Shown here in pieces: positions 30,213 through 40,488 of a stretch of 64,000 bases of DNA. The translations under genes were made by a program, and so were the position numbers. The notes beneath the pieces are model-generated. The model had not been told where the DNA came from. It was given only the letters and a program-made list of their open reading frames with translations, and did no database searches. Source of the DNA: Thermodesulfobacteriota bacterium (GTDB taxonomy: Bacteria > Desulfobacterota_D > UBA1144 > Nemesobacterales > Mycalebacteriaceae); the NCBI GenBank assembly GCA_965198945.1, contig CBDAQI010000011.1, positions 41,881 to 105,880 of the forward strand, given 5' to 3'. The first letter of the stretch is position 1; each line of letters begins with the position of its first letter.

Positions 30213-30551
30213 GTGGTTTCAAAATCAATTCTTAAATACTACAGAATGTCTCCGCAAAAGGTTCGTCTGGTTGTTTCTCTCATAAGGGGCAAGAATGTGG
30301 AGGAAGCCTTTTCGACTCTCTATCTGACACGTAAGAGATGCGCTCCGGTTCTTGCCAATCTTCTGAAGTCCGCCGTTGCGAACGCCTCGGAAAAGGGCTA
30401 TTCGGAGCCGGAAGACTTATACATAAAGGAAATTTACGCAGATGAAGGGCCGACCCTTAAACGTTTCAAGGCGAGAGCCATGGGAAGGGCTTTTCAGAGA
30501 AAAAGAAGAACGAGCCACATAACAATAGTGCTTGAGAGGAAGGGACTGTAA
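30213..30551 (+). CDS. rplV: 50S ribosomal protein L22
   Basis: SPQKVRLV, LLKSAVANA, RAMGRA, RTSHITI. Confidence 0.98.
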   Translation: MVSKSILKYYRMSPQKVRLVVSLIRGKNVEEAFSTLYLTRKRCAPVLANLLKSAVANASEKGYSEPEDLYIKEIYADEGPTLKRFKARAMGRAFQRKRRTSHITIVLERKGL

Positions 30552-30552
30552 T

Positions 30553-31197
30553 ATGGGTCAGAAAGTAAATCCGATAGGTTTGAGAATAGGAATAACAAAA
30601 ACATGGGACTCCAAGTGGTATGCGGAAAAAGGGTCTTTTACCGACATGCTGAACGAAGACATACGAATAAGGAGATTCCTTAAAAAGAATTTCCACCAGT
30701 CGGGCATATCAAGAATTGAAATAGAGCGGGTTGTTCAGAAAAAGGTCAAGGTCATCATACATGTGCTCAGACCCGGAATTATCATAGGAAGGAACGGTCA
30801 GGAAATAGAAAGGATAAGAAGAGAACTGCAGAAAAAAACCGGCAAGGAGATGGTTGTTGATATTAAAGAAGTGCGCAGGTCTGAAATAGACGCCCGTATG
30901 GTTTCTGAAAATGTGGCATTGCAGATAGAGCGCAGAGTGGCATACAAGAGGGCTATGAAACAGGCCATTTCATCCGCGATGAGAACCGGAGCTCTCGGGA
31001 TTAAAATTATGGCGTCCGGAAGACTTGCCGGAGCTGAAATAGCAAGAAGAGAGTGGTATAAGGAAGGCAGCGTTCCGCTTGCAAAACTGAGAGCTGATAT
31101 TGACTACGGCTTTGCCGAGGCAAAAACCAAATATGGAATTATCGGCATCAAAACCTGGATATTCAAAGGAGATGTCATAGAGAAAAAGACCTCCTGA
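30553..31197 (+). CDS. rpsC: 30S ribosomal protein S3
   Basis: MGQKVNPIGLR, SGRLAGAEIAR, LRADIDY. Confidence 0.99.
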   Translation: MGQKVNPIGLRIGITKTWDSKWYAEKGSFTDMLNEDIRIRRFLKKNFHQSGISRIEIERVVQKKVKVIIHVLRPGIIIGRNGQEIERIRRELQKKTGKEMVVDIKEVRRSEIDARMVSENVALQIERRVAYKRAMKQAISSAMRTGALGIKIMASGRLAGAEIARREWYKEGSVPLAKLRADIDYGFAEAKTKYGIIGIKTWIFKGDVIEKKTS

Positions 31198-31210
31198 CGG
31201 GGAATAAATT

Positions 31211-31630
31211 ATGCTTCAGCCAAGAAAAACAAAATACCGCAAAGCGTTCAAGGGGCGCATAAGAGGAAAGGCGACCAGAGGCACACAGATAGATTTTGGC
31301 CAGTTCGGTCTCCAGACCCTTGACAGCGGACGTCTCACTTCAAGGCAGATAGAGTCTGCAAGAATTGCCATAACCCGCCATGTAAAGAGAGGAGCCAAAC
31401 TGTGGATAAGGGTTTTCCCCGACAAGCCGCTCACCAAAAAGCCAGCCGAGACAAGAATGGGCAAAGGCAAGGGCGACCTGTCGGAATACGTCGCTCCGAT
31501 AAGGTGCGGGCAGATGCTTTACGAACTGAGCGGAGTTAGTCCCGAACTTGCGAAGGAGGCTTTCAGGCTTGCGTCTCATAAGCTTCCTGTAAAAACAAGG
31601 ACGGTTGAAAGGACCGAAGAGGTTGTATAA
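31211..31630 (+). CDS. rplP: 50S ribosomal protein L16
   Basis: [26 protein letters not shown]. Confidence 0.99.
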   Translation: MLQPRKTKYRKAFKGRIRGKATRGTQIDFGQFGLQTLDSGRLTSRQIESARIAITRHVKRGAKLWIRVFPDKPLTKKPAETRMGKGKGDLSEYVAPIRCGQMLYELSGVSPELAKEAFRLASHKLPVKTRTVERTEEVV

Positions 31631-31860
31631 TGGCTGAAAAACCCGGTAAATTAAGGGAACTCACGCTTGAAGACCTCAACAAAAAAGAGCGTGATCTGGC
31701 TTCTTCCCTTTTCAATCTACGAATGCAGGTTGCAACCAAGCAGACCGGCGCTTTTGCGCAGATAAAGTCATTGAGAAAGGATATTGCCAGAGTGAGAACC
31801 GTGAAAACAGAGCTTGAGAGAAAGATAAGCGAGGAGAACCGAGAAAGGAAAAATGACTGA
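31630..31860 (+). CDS. rpmC: 50S ribosomal protein L29
   Basis: LFNLRMQ, RKDIARVRT; position. Confidence 0.95.
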   Translation: MAEKPGKLRELTLEDLNKKERDLASSLFNLRMQVATKQTGAFAQIKSLRKDIARVRTVKTELERKISEENRERKND

Positions 31861-32155
31861 AAAACGGGCAAAAAGAGGTCGGCTCACTTCAATTTTGGGG
31901 ACTGTTGTCAGGAAAAGCGGTGACAAGACCGCCGTTGTGGATGTGGTAACGATAAAGAAGCATCTGGTCTACAACAGGTCAATCAAACGGAGAGTGCGCT
32001 ACGTTGTTAACGATGGCGGCAATCAGTGCGAAGTCGGTGACAAGGCTCTCATATACGAGTCAAAACCCGTAAGTAAGAGCAAAAGATGGCGGGTCGGCAA
32101 AATCGTTGAAAAGATTCGTTCCGACTCCGGGAACGAAGGGGGAACGAGTCAGTGA
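31853..32155 (+). CDS. rpsQ: 30S ribosomal protein S17
   Basis: GTVV…[12 protein letters not shown]; position. Confidence 0.95.
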   Translation: MTEKRAKRGRLTSILGTVVRKSGDKTAVVDVVTIKKHLVYNRSIKRRVRYVVNDGGNQCEVGDKALIYESKPVSKSKRWRVGKIVEKIRSDSGNEGGTSQ

Positions 32156-32520
32156 TTCAGTCAAGTTCATATATTGAATCGGCTGACAATACCGGAGCCA
32201 AAAGACTTTACTGCATAAAGGTTCTCGGCGGTTCCAGAAGAAGATTTGCCCGGCTCGGAGATGTGGTTGTCGTATCGGTCAAGGAAGCAATGCCAAACTC
32301 AAAAGTTTCCAAAGGAGAGGTCTGCAAAGCGGTTATTGTGCGCGTAAAAAAAGAGAGCAGAAGGGTGGACGGAACATATGTGAGATTTGACAACAATGCT
32401 GCGGTAATCATAGACAAAGACAGAGAGCCCGTGGGAACAAGGGTGTTCGGACCCATAGCAAGAGAGCTTAGATTCAAGGGATTTATGAAGATAATCTCAC
32501 TCGCGCCGGAGGTTGTTTGA
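32152..32520 (+). CDS. rplN: 50S ribosomal protein L14
   Basis: [28 protein letters not shown]. Confidence 0.99.
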   Translation: MIQSSSYIESADNTGAKRLYCIKVLGGSRRRFARLGDVVVVSVKEAMPNSKVSKGEVCKAVIVRVKKESRRVDGTYVRFDNNAAVIIDKDREPVGTRVFGPIARELRFKGFMKIISLAPEVV

Positions 32521-32843
32521 CTGTGGCGGAGAAATTCCACATCAGGAAAGGCGATAACGTTATAGTGCTTTCGGGAAAGGAGAAGGGGAAAACCGGCGTT
32601 GTGTCAGAGGTGATTGTCTCAAAAGGAAGAGCGATTGTTGAAAAGATCAATATGGTTAAACGCAATGTGCGCCCCACCCAGAAAAATCCTTCGGGCGGAA
32701 TAATTGACAAGGAAGCGAGTTTGCATATTTCAAACCTGATGCTGTATGACACAAAAGAGTCTTCCCGTTTCAAAGCCGGTTACTCCACAGGCAAAAACGG
32801 GGAAAAAATCAGAGTGAATCGTAAAACGGGGAAAAAGATATGA
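32517..32843 (+). CDS. rplX: 50S ribosomal protein L24
   Basis: [28 protein letters not shown]. Confidence 0.97.
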   Translation: MTVAEKFHIRKGDNVIVLSGKEKGKTGVVSEVIVSKGRAIVEKINMVKRNVRPTQKNPSGGIIDKEASLHISNLMLYDTKESSRFKAGYSTGKNGEKIRVNRKTGKKI

Positions 32844-33412
32844 CGGCTGCTGCTGAACCGAGAATGAAAAAGATCTTTAATGATCATGTTGTTCCGCGCA
32901 TTATGGAGAGGAATTCCTATTCAAATTCCATGAGGGTTCCGCGCCTTGAGCGTATAGTTTTGAACATGGGGCTCGGGCGACTGAGTGAAGCCGGACGCAA
33001 CAAAGCCGTTGTGGACGAAGCGGTCTCAGAGCTTGCTCTGATTGCCGGTCAGAGGCCCGTGATAACCAGATCCAAAAAATCAATAGCGGGATTCAAGCTT
33101 CGTGAAGGGCTGCCCATAGGTTGTGCAGTTACCCTAAGGCGGACCAGAATGTATGAATTTTTTGACCGTCTGGTGAATCTGGCTCTGCCGAGAGTGAGGG
33201 ATTTCAGGGGTGTGAGCGTGAGCTCATTTGACGGCGGGGGAAATTACAACCTTGGAGTAAGAGAGCATATAATATTTCCTGAGATTGACTACAGCAAGGT
33301 TTCGAGGGTCAAGGGGCTCAACATAACATTTGTGACAACTGCGGAAAAAGATGAAGAGGCGAAAATCCTTCTAGAAGAGATGGGAATGCCTTTTGCAAGG
33401 GAGGAGCGGTGA
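32840..33412 (+). CDS. rplE: 50S ribosomal protein L5
   Basis: [30 protein letters not shown]. Confidence 0.99.
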   Translation: MTAAAEPRMKKIFNDHVVPRIMERNSYSNSMRVPRLERIVLNMGLGRLSEAGRNKAVVDEAVSELALIAGQRPVITRSKKSIAGFKLREGLPIGCAVTLRRTRMYEFFDRLVNLALPRVRDFRGVSVSSFDGGGNYNLGVREHIIFPEIDYSKVSRVKGLNITFVTTAEKDEEAKILLEEMGMPFAREER

Positions 33413-33597
33413 TGGCAAGAAAGGCGCTTTGGGAGAAATCCGAAAGAAAACCGAAATACAAGGTACGTAAAGTGAACCGCTGCTCTTTGTGCGGCAGACC
33501 GAGGGCGTTCATAAGACAGTTCGGAATATGCAGGCTGTGTTTCAGAGAGCTTGCGAGCCGCGGTGAAATTGTGGGAGTGAGAAAGGCAAGTTTTTAA
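33412..33597 (+). CDS. rpsN: 30S ribosomal protein S14 (zinc-binding type Z)
   Basis: RCSLCGRPR…ICRLCFRE. Confidence 0.97.
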   Translation: MARKALWEKSERKPKYKVRKVNRCSLCGRPRAFIRQFGICRLCFRELASRGEIVGVRKASF

Positions 33598-33614
33598 ACT
33601 TTGAGGTGGAAAAA

Positions 33615-34007
33615 ATGACAGACCCGATAGCGGACATGGTTGCGAGAATACGAAATGCGCAGATGGTAAAGCACAGCGAAGTTACCCTTCCCTACTCCAA
33701 TATCAAAAGTGAGATAGGCAGAGTATTAAAGGAAGAGGGTTATATTGAGGAGTGCGTTGTTTCGGGAGAAGGCGTGAAAAAAGAGATTAGAGTTCGGCTC
33801 AAATACTCGGGCCGGGGCGCTCCGGGAATAAGGTTCATCAAAAGGATAAGCAAGCCCAGCGGCAGGTTATACATCGGGAAAGACGAAATTCCCCGTGTCG
33901 TTACGGGAATGGGAACCGCAGTAATCTCAACCTCAAAAGGCATAATGACCGGGCGCAATGCCAGAGAGATGGGTGTGGGCGGCGAAGTTATCTGCACCGT
34001 GATGTGA
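33615..34007 (+). CDS. rpsH: 30S ribosomal protein S8
   Basis: MTDPIADM, LKEEGYI, RISKPS, STSKGIM, VGGEV. Confidence 0.98.
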   Translation: MTDPIADMVARIRNAQMVKHSEVTLPYSNIKSEIGRVLKEEGYIEECVVSGEGVKKEIRVRLKYSGRGAPGIRFIKRISKPSGRLYIGKDEIPRVVTGMGTAVISTSKGIMTGRNAREMGVGGEVICTVM

Positions 34008-34014
34008 TTTTGGT

Positions 34015-34563
34015 ATGTCAAGAATAGGAAAAAAACCCGTGGCCATTCCGGAAAAAGTTGATGTCAGCATATCCGGAGATGTTGTCAGCATAAAAGGTCC
34101 CAAGGGAGAGCTTCCCGTCGCAATTCCGGACGGGCTGAGCGTTGAGGTCGGAGACGGAATGATAAATGTGAAAATAGATACGGAATCAAAAGGTATAAAG
34201 TCTCATCACGGTCTTGTGAGAATGCTCATAGCTAATTCCGTTCAGGGTGTTAACGAGGGGTTTACAAAAATTCTTGAAATAATCGGAACCGGTTACAAGG
34301 CGGAGCTTTCGGGGAAAAACGCTTTGAAAATGTCTCTCGGTTACTCTCATCCGATTACTTTTTCCCTGCCTGAGGGAATTGCCGCGAAGGTGGAAGGGCG
34401 CGGAACGAGGCTGATTCTTGAAGGGGCTGACAAACAGGTTGTAGGCGAAGTGGCGGCAAAAATCAGAGAACTTCGGGAGCCCGATGCCTACAAGGGCAAA
34501 GGCGTGAAGCTTTCGGATGAACATATCAAACTTAAGCCGGGGAAATCAGGTGCGAAAAAATAA
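34015..34563 (+). CDS. rplF: 50S ribosomal protein L6
   Basis: MSRIGKKP, KGPKGEL, LGYSHP, PDAYKGKGV. Confidence 0.98.
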   Translation: MSRIGKKPVAIPEKVDVSISGDVVSIKGPKGELPVAIPDGLSVEVGDGMINVKIDTESKGIKSHHGLVRMLIANSVQGVNEGFTKILEIIGTGYKAELSGKNALKMSLGYSHPITFSLPEGIAAKVEGRGTRLILEGADKQVVGEVAAKIRELREPDAYKGKGVKLSDEHIKLKPGKSGAKK

Positions 34564-34928
34564 TGATTAAAGACAGAAAAGCTCTCAGAAACAGAAGGCA
34601 CAAAAGAATAAGAAAAAAAATCTCCGGTACCGCGGACATCCCGAGGCTGTGCGTCTTTAAGTCCGCAAGGCACATATATGCTCAAATCATTGACGATGCC
34701 GCCGGCAGAACAATGTTCGCCGCTTCTTCTCTTACACCGGAGATCAGACAAGAGGTTGAGAAAAAAGATTCAAAAGCGGAGCGGGCAAAAGCCGTTGGTG
34801 AATATCTCGGACAGGTTTCAGTCGCCGGGGGGCTGAAGAAAGTGGTTTTTGACAGGGGCGGATACCCTTTTCACGGAAGGGTGAAGTTTCTTGCGGACGG
34901 ACTGAAGGAGAAAGGCCTTGAATTCTAA
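34563..34928 (+). CDS. rplR: 50S ribosomal protein L18
   Basis: PRLCVFKS…IYAQIIDD, VVFDRGG…HGRVK. Confidence 0.98.
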   Translation: MIKDRKALRNRRHKRIRKKISGTADIPRLCVFKSARHIYAQIIDDAAGRTMFAASSLTPEIRQEVEKKDSKAERAKAVGEYLGQVSVAGGLKKVVFDRGGYPFHGRVKFLADGLKEKGLEF

Positions 34929-35472
34929 AGATATTGCAGATTCCCTTTCCACAAATTCATTTATTGACCCGGCCGGGCTTGAACTTGAGGAAAAAGTTGT
35001 TGACATCAGGCGTGTCGCCAAGGTTACAAAGGGCGGTAAACGTTTTCATTTCACCGCCATGACCGTGGTGGGCAACGGAAACGGGATAGTGGGTTACGGT
35101 CTGGGCAAGTCAAACGAAGTTCCGGGCGCAATCAAAAAAGGCACGGATAAAGCGCGCAAGAGCCTCATAAAAATCCCTCTGCACGGTTCAACAATACCGC
35201 ACGAGGTTTCATGTGTGAGTTCATCAAGCCGTGTTGTGCTTCTGCCCGCGGCTCCGGGCACGGGTGTTATTTCAGGCGGCCCCGTCCGTGCGGTGGCCGA
35301 TCTTGCGGGGATCCACGACATACTTTCCAAAGTTCTGGGCTCAAGAAACCCGATTAACGTTGTCGCCGCGACAATAAAGGCGCTTTCACAGCTGGTGCTT
35401 CCGGAACAGGTCGCTCTTGAGCGCCGAAAGGAGGTTTCCGATTTGGATCTTCCTCCGTATTATAAATTCTGA
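34918..35472 (+). CDS. rpsE: 30S ribosomal protein S5
   Basis: RVAKVTKGGKR, PAAPGTGVI, LGSRNPIN. Confidence 0.98.
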   Translation: MNSKDIADSLSTNSFIDPAGLELEEKVVDIRRVAKVTKGGKRFHFTAMTVVGNGNGIVGYGLGKSNEVPGAIKKGTDKARKSLIKIPLHGSTIPHEVSCVSSSSRVVLLPAAPGTGVISGGPVRAVADLAGIHDILSKVLGSRNPINVVAATIKALSQLVLPEQVALERRKEVSDLDLPPYYKF

Positions 35473-35492
35473 AATTCTGAGGTTTTATTGAA

Positions 35493-35924
35493 ATGCTTGA
35501 CAGATTGCCGAAACCCGCCGGTTCAGTAAAGTCCCGCCAGAGAGTGGGAAGAGGGGCGGGCTCAAATGGGAAAACCTCCGGACGCGGACACAAGGGGCAG
35601 GGCTCAAGGGCCGGCAGGGGCGTTTCTCTATGGTTTGAGGGAGGACAGACTCCTCTTAAAATGAGAATTCCCAAAAGGGGTTTCAAAAACATGTTCAAGA
35701 CTCTCTACGACATAGTAAACGTAGGGGCGCTTGAGCGTTTTGAAGACGGGGCCACTGTGGATGCCGGGACGCTTCTGCAAAATAATTTTATAAGCGGAAA
35801 ACGCAAGATAAAACTTCTGGGGAACGGAAATATTGAAAAAAAACTGACCCTCAAAGTTAATGCCGCAAGCGGCGCTTCCATTCAGAAAATAGAGCGCTGT
35901 GGCGGCAAGGTAGAGATTTTATGA
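35493..35924 (+). CDS. rplO: 50S ribosomal protein L15
   Basis: RVGRGAGS, GRGHKGQGSR, FEGGQTPL, PKRGF. Confidence 0.98.
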   Translation: MLDRLPKPAGSVKSRQRVGRGAGSNGKTSGRGHKGQGSRAGRGVSLWFEGGQTPLKMRIPKRGFKNMFKTLYDIVNVGALERFEDGATVDAGTLLQNNFISGKRKIKLLGNGNIEKKLTLKVNAASGASIQKIERCGGKVEIL

Positions 35925-37240
35925 GTTCGCCTTCCTCAGGAAATTCCCGTGTTTCCGAACTGAACAGAAGGCTGCTCATAACCCTGTTTATACTGCTCAT
36001 CTACAGACTGGGAGTTTTTATCCCGGTTCCCGGAATATCACCGGCACAGATTTCACAGCTTTTTGAGAGGACAAGCGGAACGGTATTTGATCTGTTCAAT
36101 ATGTTTTCGGGAGGAGCTCTTGAGCAGGCGTCAATTTTTGCTCTCGGGGTAATTCCCTACATTACTTCCTCAATTCTTATGTCTCTTCTGGTCAAAGCCA
36201 TCCCCAGACTTGAGGCGCTTCAAAAGGAGGAGGGGCAGGCGGGAAGGAGAAAAATCAACCAGTATTCGCGTTACGGAACGGTTCCCATATCAATTATTCA
36301 AGCCGCCGTTCTTACTCTCGCGCTTGAGGCCGGAGCGGCTGAAAACCCTAACCTGGGTTTTCGCCTGACCACGATACTGACCCTGACTTCCGGTTCAATG
36401 CTTGTTATGTGGCTCGGAGAGCAGATATCGGAAAGGGGCATAGGCAACGGTGTTTCTCTGATAATTACCATGTCAATTCTCGCCGGAATTCCGGGCGCTC
36501 TGTGGAATATGGTGAGGCTTGTGAGGGTCGGTGATATAACGGTGCTCGGCATGGTTCTTATATTTGTTTTTCTAATTTTTGTAATGGGTGTGATAGTTTT
36601 TGTTGAAACCGCATACAGAAAAATCCCGATACAGCACCCGAGAAAAATGATGGGAAGAAAGATGGTTGAAGGCCAGTCCACTCATCTTCCGCTGAAAATC
36701 AATCCCTCCGGCGTTATTCCGCCCATATTCGCCTCTTCGCTGCTTATCTTTCCGGCTACGATTCTCGCCATTACCGACACTCCTTTTGTCAGAATGATTT
36801 CAGATGCGGTGATACAGAATCCTTTTGTCTACAACATCGTATTTGCGGTTCTCATCGTGTTCTTTTCTTTTTTCTACACCGGAATTGTGTATGACCCCGC
36901 AGACCTCTCGGACAATATAAAAAACAGCGGGGCGAATGTTCCCGGCATAAGACCCGGAGCGAAGACCTCGGAATACATCGGTTCAATTTTGAGCAGAATA
37001 ACACTAATCGGTTCACTCTATCTTGTCGCGGTTTGTGTTCTTCCGAGTTTTCTCCAGCGCGACCCTTTTAACCTGCCTTTTTATTTCGGAGGAACTTCAC
37101 TGCTTATTATTATAGGAGTGGCGCTTGATTTTATGCAGCGGGTTCAGTCTTTCGTTATAACGCGCAACTACAACTCTTTTTCAGCGGCGGGCGGACGACG
37201 CGCAAAAAATCCCAACCAGCGCCGCAGAAGAGGTTTTTAG
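35921..37240 (+). CDS. secY: preprotein translocase SecY
   Basis: SIFALGVIPYITSSI, WLGEQISERGIGNG, SGVIPPIFA, GIRPG, GGTSLLI. Confidence 0.99.
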   Translation: MSSPSSGNSRVSELNRRLLITLFILLIYRLGVFIPVPGISPAQISQLFERTSGTVFDLFNMFSGGALEQASIFALGVIPYITSSILMSLLVKAIPRLEALQKEEGQAGRRKINQYSRYGTVPISIIQAAVLTLALEAGAAENPNLGFRLTTILTLTSGSMLVMWLGEQISERGIGNGVSLIITMSILAGIPGALWNMVRLVRVGDITVLGMVLIFVFLIFVMGVIVFVETAYRKIPIQHPRKMMGRKMVEGQSTHLPLKINPSGVIPPIFASSLLIFPATILAITDTPFVRMISDAVIQNPFVYNIVFAVLIVFFSFFYTGIVYDPADLSDNIKNSGANVPGIRPGAKTSEYIGSILSRITLIGSLYLVAVCVLPSFLQRDPFNLPFYFGGTSLLIIIGVALDFMQRVQSFVITRNYNSFSAAGGRRAKNPNQRRRRGF

Positions 37241-37263
37241 AAAATTCCCGGAGGAAGTGATTG

Positions 37264-37827
37264 ATGAATTTGATAATATTCGGGCCGCCGGGCGCGGGAA
37301 AAGGCACACAGGCGGATTTTATAGTGAAGGTCTGCGGAACGGCTCACATCTCCACCGGTGATTTGCTCAGAGATGCGGTGAGGAGAGAAACCGAAACGGG
37401 CATTGTGGCAAAAAGCTATATGGACAAGGGGGAACTTGTTCCCGATGATGTTATGATAGCCATAATAGAGGAAAAAGTAAGCGTTTTGAACGGAGAGGGA
37501 TTTCTTCTGGACGGATTTCCGAGGACAATTGCGCAGGCGCGCGCACTTGATGAAATGCTCGGAGGCCGCAATCTTGCGATTGAGGCCGTTTTGTCTCTCG
37601 GAGTAAACGAAGAGGAATTGGTAAGGAGGCTTCTCAAGAGGGCTGAGATTGAAGGCCGTGAAGACGATAATGAAATTGTGATACTCAACAGGCTTAATGT
37701 TTACAGAAAACAGACCCTTCCCCTTGCCGATTACTACAAATCAAAAGGGGTTTTTCATGAAATAGACGGAACCGGGACCATTGACGATGTGAAGGAGAGA
37801 ATCAGTTCAATAGTTTCCGCACTTTAG
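37264..37827 (+). CDS. adk: adenylate kinase (short LID form)
   Basis: GPPGAGKGTQA, HISTGDLLR, LLDGFPRT, GREDD. Confidence 0.97.
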   Translation: MNLIIFGPPGAGKGTQADFIVKVCGTAHISTGDLLRDAVRRETETGIVAKSYMDKGELVPDDVMIAIIEEKVSVLNGEGFLLDGFPRTIAQARALDEMLGGRNLAIEAVLSLGVNEEELVRRLLKRAEIEGREDDNEIVILNRLNVYRKQTLPLADYYKSKGVFHEIDGTGTIDDVKERISSIVSAL

Positions 37828-37836
37828 ATTAGAGTT

Positions 37837-38598
37837 ATGACTGCAGGTGAAATCAAAGAAAAAGTCAACGGAATGAAGAAAGCGGCTTCGGTTGTGTCCG
37901 AAGTTCTTGAAAAGCTCAGCGAAACCGCGCGAGAGGGAATTTCCACCTGGGAGTTGAACCGTGTCGCCGAGGGTGTCGCCGCAAAACGTTCGGCCAAACC
38001 GGCTTTCAAGGGCTATATGGGATTTCCATGTTCACTCTGTGTTTCCGTCAACGAAGAGGTTGTTCACGGAATACCTTCAAAAGACAGAATACTCAAAGAG
38101 GGGGATATAGTGGGAATGGATTTCGGAGCCCTTGTGGGAGAATTCTATGGCGACTCGGCCATAACAGTTCCAATCGGATGCGTTTCTCCGCAAGCGGAAC
38201 TGCTGCTTCAAATCACCAGAGATTCGCTTGAAAGGGGAATAGAGAAGGCGCGTCCTTCAAAACGGCTTTATGAAATTTCCGGAGCCATACAGAGCCATGT
38301 TGAGAACAAAGGGCTTTCCGTAGTCAAGTCTTTTGTCGGGCACGGCATAGGGAAAAAGCTGCATGAAGAGCCTCAAGTGCCCAATTTTATTCCGCCCGGA
38401 GACACCCGGCACGGCGTGATGATGCGTCCCGGCATGGCTCTGGCCATAGAACCGATGGTGAATGAGGGCTCCGCCGAAATAAAAACTTTGCCTGATAATT
38501 GGACTGTTGTTACAAGTGATGGTAAACTGTCCGCTCATTTTGAGCACACTGTGGCAATAACTGAGAACGGCCCGGAAGTGCTTACGAGATTTAACTGA
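37837..38598 (+). CDS. map: methionine aminopeptidase type I
   Basis: SVNEEVVHGIP, GDSA, GHGIG…HEEP, IEPM, SAHFEHT. Confidence 0.98.
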   Translation: MTAGEIKEKVNGMKKAASVVSEVLEKLSETAREGISTWELNRVAEGVAAKRSAKPAFKGYMGFPCSLCVSVNEEVVHGIPSKDRILKEGDIVGMDFGALVGEFYGDSAITVPIGCVSPQAELLLQITRDSLERGIEKARPSKRLYEISGAIQSHVENKGLSVVKSFVGHGIGKKLHEEPQVPNFIPPGDTRHGVMMRPGMALAIEPMVNEGSAEIKTLPDNWTVVTSDGKLSAHFEHTVAITENGPEVLTRFN

Positions 38599-38623
38599 AG
38601 TATTTTAGAAAAATGGTGTTTTA

Positions 38624-38866
38624 ATGTCAAAGGGAGACGCGGTTGAGTTTGAAGGAACGGTTGTTGAGGCTTTGCCCAACGCCATGTTCAGAGTTGAAAT
38701 GCAGAACGGTTCAAAAGTTCTGGCATATGTTTCAGGTAAAATGAGAAGAGCGAGATCAAGGTTTGTGAGGATTGTCCCGGGAGACAGGGTGAAGATTGAA
38801 ATATCTCCATATGATTTGTCCAGAGGCAGAATCACTTACAGAATGAGGACGGACAGACCAAATTGA
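38624..38866 (+). CDS. infA: translation initiation factor IF-1
   Basis: [28 protein letters not shown]. Confidence 0.97.
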   Translation: MSKGDAVEFEGTVVEALPNAMFRVEMQNGSKVLAYVSGKMRRARSRFVRIVPGDRVKIEISPYDLSRGRITYRMRTDRPN

Positions 38867-38976
38867 AAGTAAGGTCGTCGGTAAAAAAAATCTGCAAAAA
38901 GTGCAGGGTTATAAAGCGCAGGGGAACCGTGAGGATTATCTGCGTAAATAAACGCTGCAAACAGAGGCAGGGATAG
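38863..38976 (+). CDS. rpmJ: 50S ribosomal protein L36 (below the ORF-track size cutoff)
   Basis: Manual translation from TTG: [37 protein letters not shown]. Confidence 0.96.
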   Translation: MKVRSSVKKICKKCRVIKRRGTVRIICVNKRCKQRQG

Positions 38977-38985
38977 GAGAGGGAT

Positions 38986-39369
38986 ATGCCCAGAATAGCC
39001 GGAGTGGACATTCCTCAGGACAAAAGAGTTGAGTTTGCCTTGACCTACATATACGGGATAGGCAGAGCCGCGGCATCTGATATCGTGAATGCTCTAAAAA
39101 TCAATCCGGCAAAAAGGTCCAAAGACCTGAATGAGAAAGAAGTGGCCGATATAAGGCGGTTTATAGAAGAAAACTGTATCGTTGAAGGTGATTTGCGCAA
39201 AGATGTGCAGATGAACATCAAACGCCTGGTTGAGATAGGATGTTACAGAGGAATAAGACATCGCAGCGGGCTTCCGGTGCGCGGGCAGAAAACAAAAGCG
39301 AACGCCAGAACCAGAAAGGGCCCCAGGGGCACGGCGATAGCAAAGAAAAAAAAGGCGGGTAAGAAATAG
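38986..39369 (+). CDS. rpsM: 30S ribosomal protein S13
   Basis: [21 protein letters not shown]…LPVRGQKTK. Confidence 0.99.
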   Translation: MPRIAGVDIPQDKRVEFALTYIYGIGRAAASDIVNALKINPAKRSKDLNEKEVADIRRFIEENCIVEGDLRKDVQMNIKRLVEIGCYRGIRHRSGLPVRGQKTKANARTRKGPRGTAIAKKKKAGKK

Positions 39370-39396
39370 TCAGGCGCCTCTGAAAGGAAAATAAAA

Positions 39397-39783
39397 ATGG
39401 CAAAGAAAACCGCAAAAAAGAAAGTCAAAAGGTCTGTCGCTGAAGGGGTGGTTAAAATACACGCCACTTTCAGCAATACGATTATTACCGTCTCCGACCC
39501 TCAGGGCGACGTGATTGCCTGGTCAAGCGGCGGAGCCAGAGGTTTTAAGGGGACAAGGAAGGGGACTCCGTTTGCAGCCCAGGTGGCGGCGGAGGATGTG
39601 GCAAAAAAAACGATTAGTTCGGCAGGCATGAAGACGGCGCGCGTTTATGTAAAGGGTCCGGGGCCCGGAAGAGAATCAGCCATAAGATCAATTCAGGCCG
39701 CCGGTATCAGGGTTGCGTCAATAAGAGACATTACTCCGATACCGCATAACGGATGCAGACCTCCCGGCAAGAGAAGGGTATAG
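39397..39783 (+). CDS. rpsK: 30S ribosomal protein S11
   Basis: [25 protein letters not shown]. Confidence 0.99.
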   Translation: MAKKTAKKKVKRSVAEGVVKIHATFSNTIITVSDPQGDVIAWSSGGARGFKGTRKGTPFAAQVAAEDVAKKTISSAGMKTARVYVKGPGPGRESAIRSIQAAGIRVASIRDITPIPHNGCRPPGKRRV

Positions 39784-39799
39784 GGGGAAGATTTTGTAA

Positions 39800-40432
39800 A
39801 TGTCAAGATATACGGGACCAACTTGCAAACTGTGCAGAAGAGAAGGCGAACAGCTCTTTTTGAAGGGTGAGAGATGTATGAAGGGCAAATGCGCCCTTGA
39901 GAGAAAGCCTTATCCGCCGGGTATGCAGGGGAAAAGGATAAGGAGAAGGGTTACGGAATACGGTCTCAGGCTCAGAGAAAAGCAGAAAGCCAAAAGGATT
40001 TACGGAGTGACCGAGCGTCAGTTCAAAATTTATTTCAAAGAGGCGGCGGGAACAAAGGGGATAACCGGTTCGCTTCTTCTTTCAATTATTGAGACACGGC
40101 TTGACAATGTGGTTTACCGTCTCGGATTCGCTTCAACCCGCAATCAGGCGCGCCAGCTCGTAAATCTTGGTCATATAAATGTTGACGGCAGACGGGTGGA
40201 TGTCTCTTCATACAGAGTCAGGCCTTCAAGCGTTGTTGAAGTCAGGGAAGGCAGCAGAAAGATGTCCAGCATAAATGAGTCTCTGGGGTTTTCTGAAAAG
40301 AAAGGCATTCCCGGGTGGCTGAGTCTGGACAAGATGAATTACAGGGGAACAATGAGCAGGACTCCCGAAAGAGAGGACGTTCAGGTTCCGATAAGTGAGA
40401 ATTTGATTGTTGAGTTTTACTCAAGAGTATGA
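39800..40432 (+). CDS. rpsD: 30S ribosomal protein S4
   Basis: CKLCRREG, LREKQK, RLDNVVYRLG, IVEFYSR. Confidence 0.99.
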   Translation: MSRYTGPTCKLCRREGEQLFLKGERCMKGKCALERKPYPPGMQGKRIRRRVTEYGLRLREKQKAKRIYGVTERQFKIYFKEAAGTKGITGSLLLSIIETRLDNVVYRLGFASTRNQARQLVNLGHINVDGRRVDVSSYRVRPSSVVEVREGSRKMSSINESLGFSEKKGIPGWLSLDKMNYRGTMSRTPEREDVQVPISENLIVEFYSRV

Positions 40433-40488
40433 TGTTCCGGAGAGATGCATAAACTTATTTGCTTGAAGGATTAAACGGAGGACGGAAT

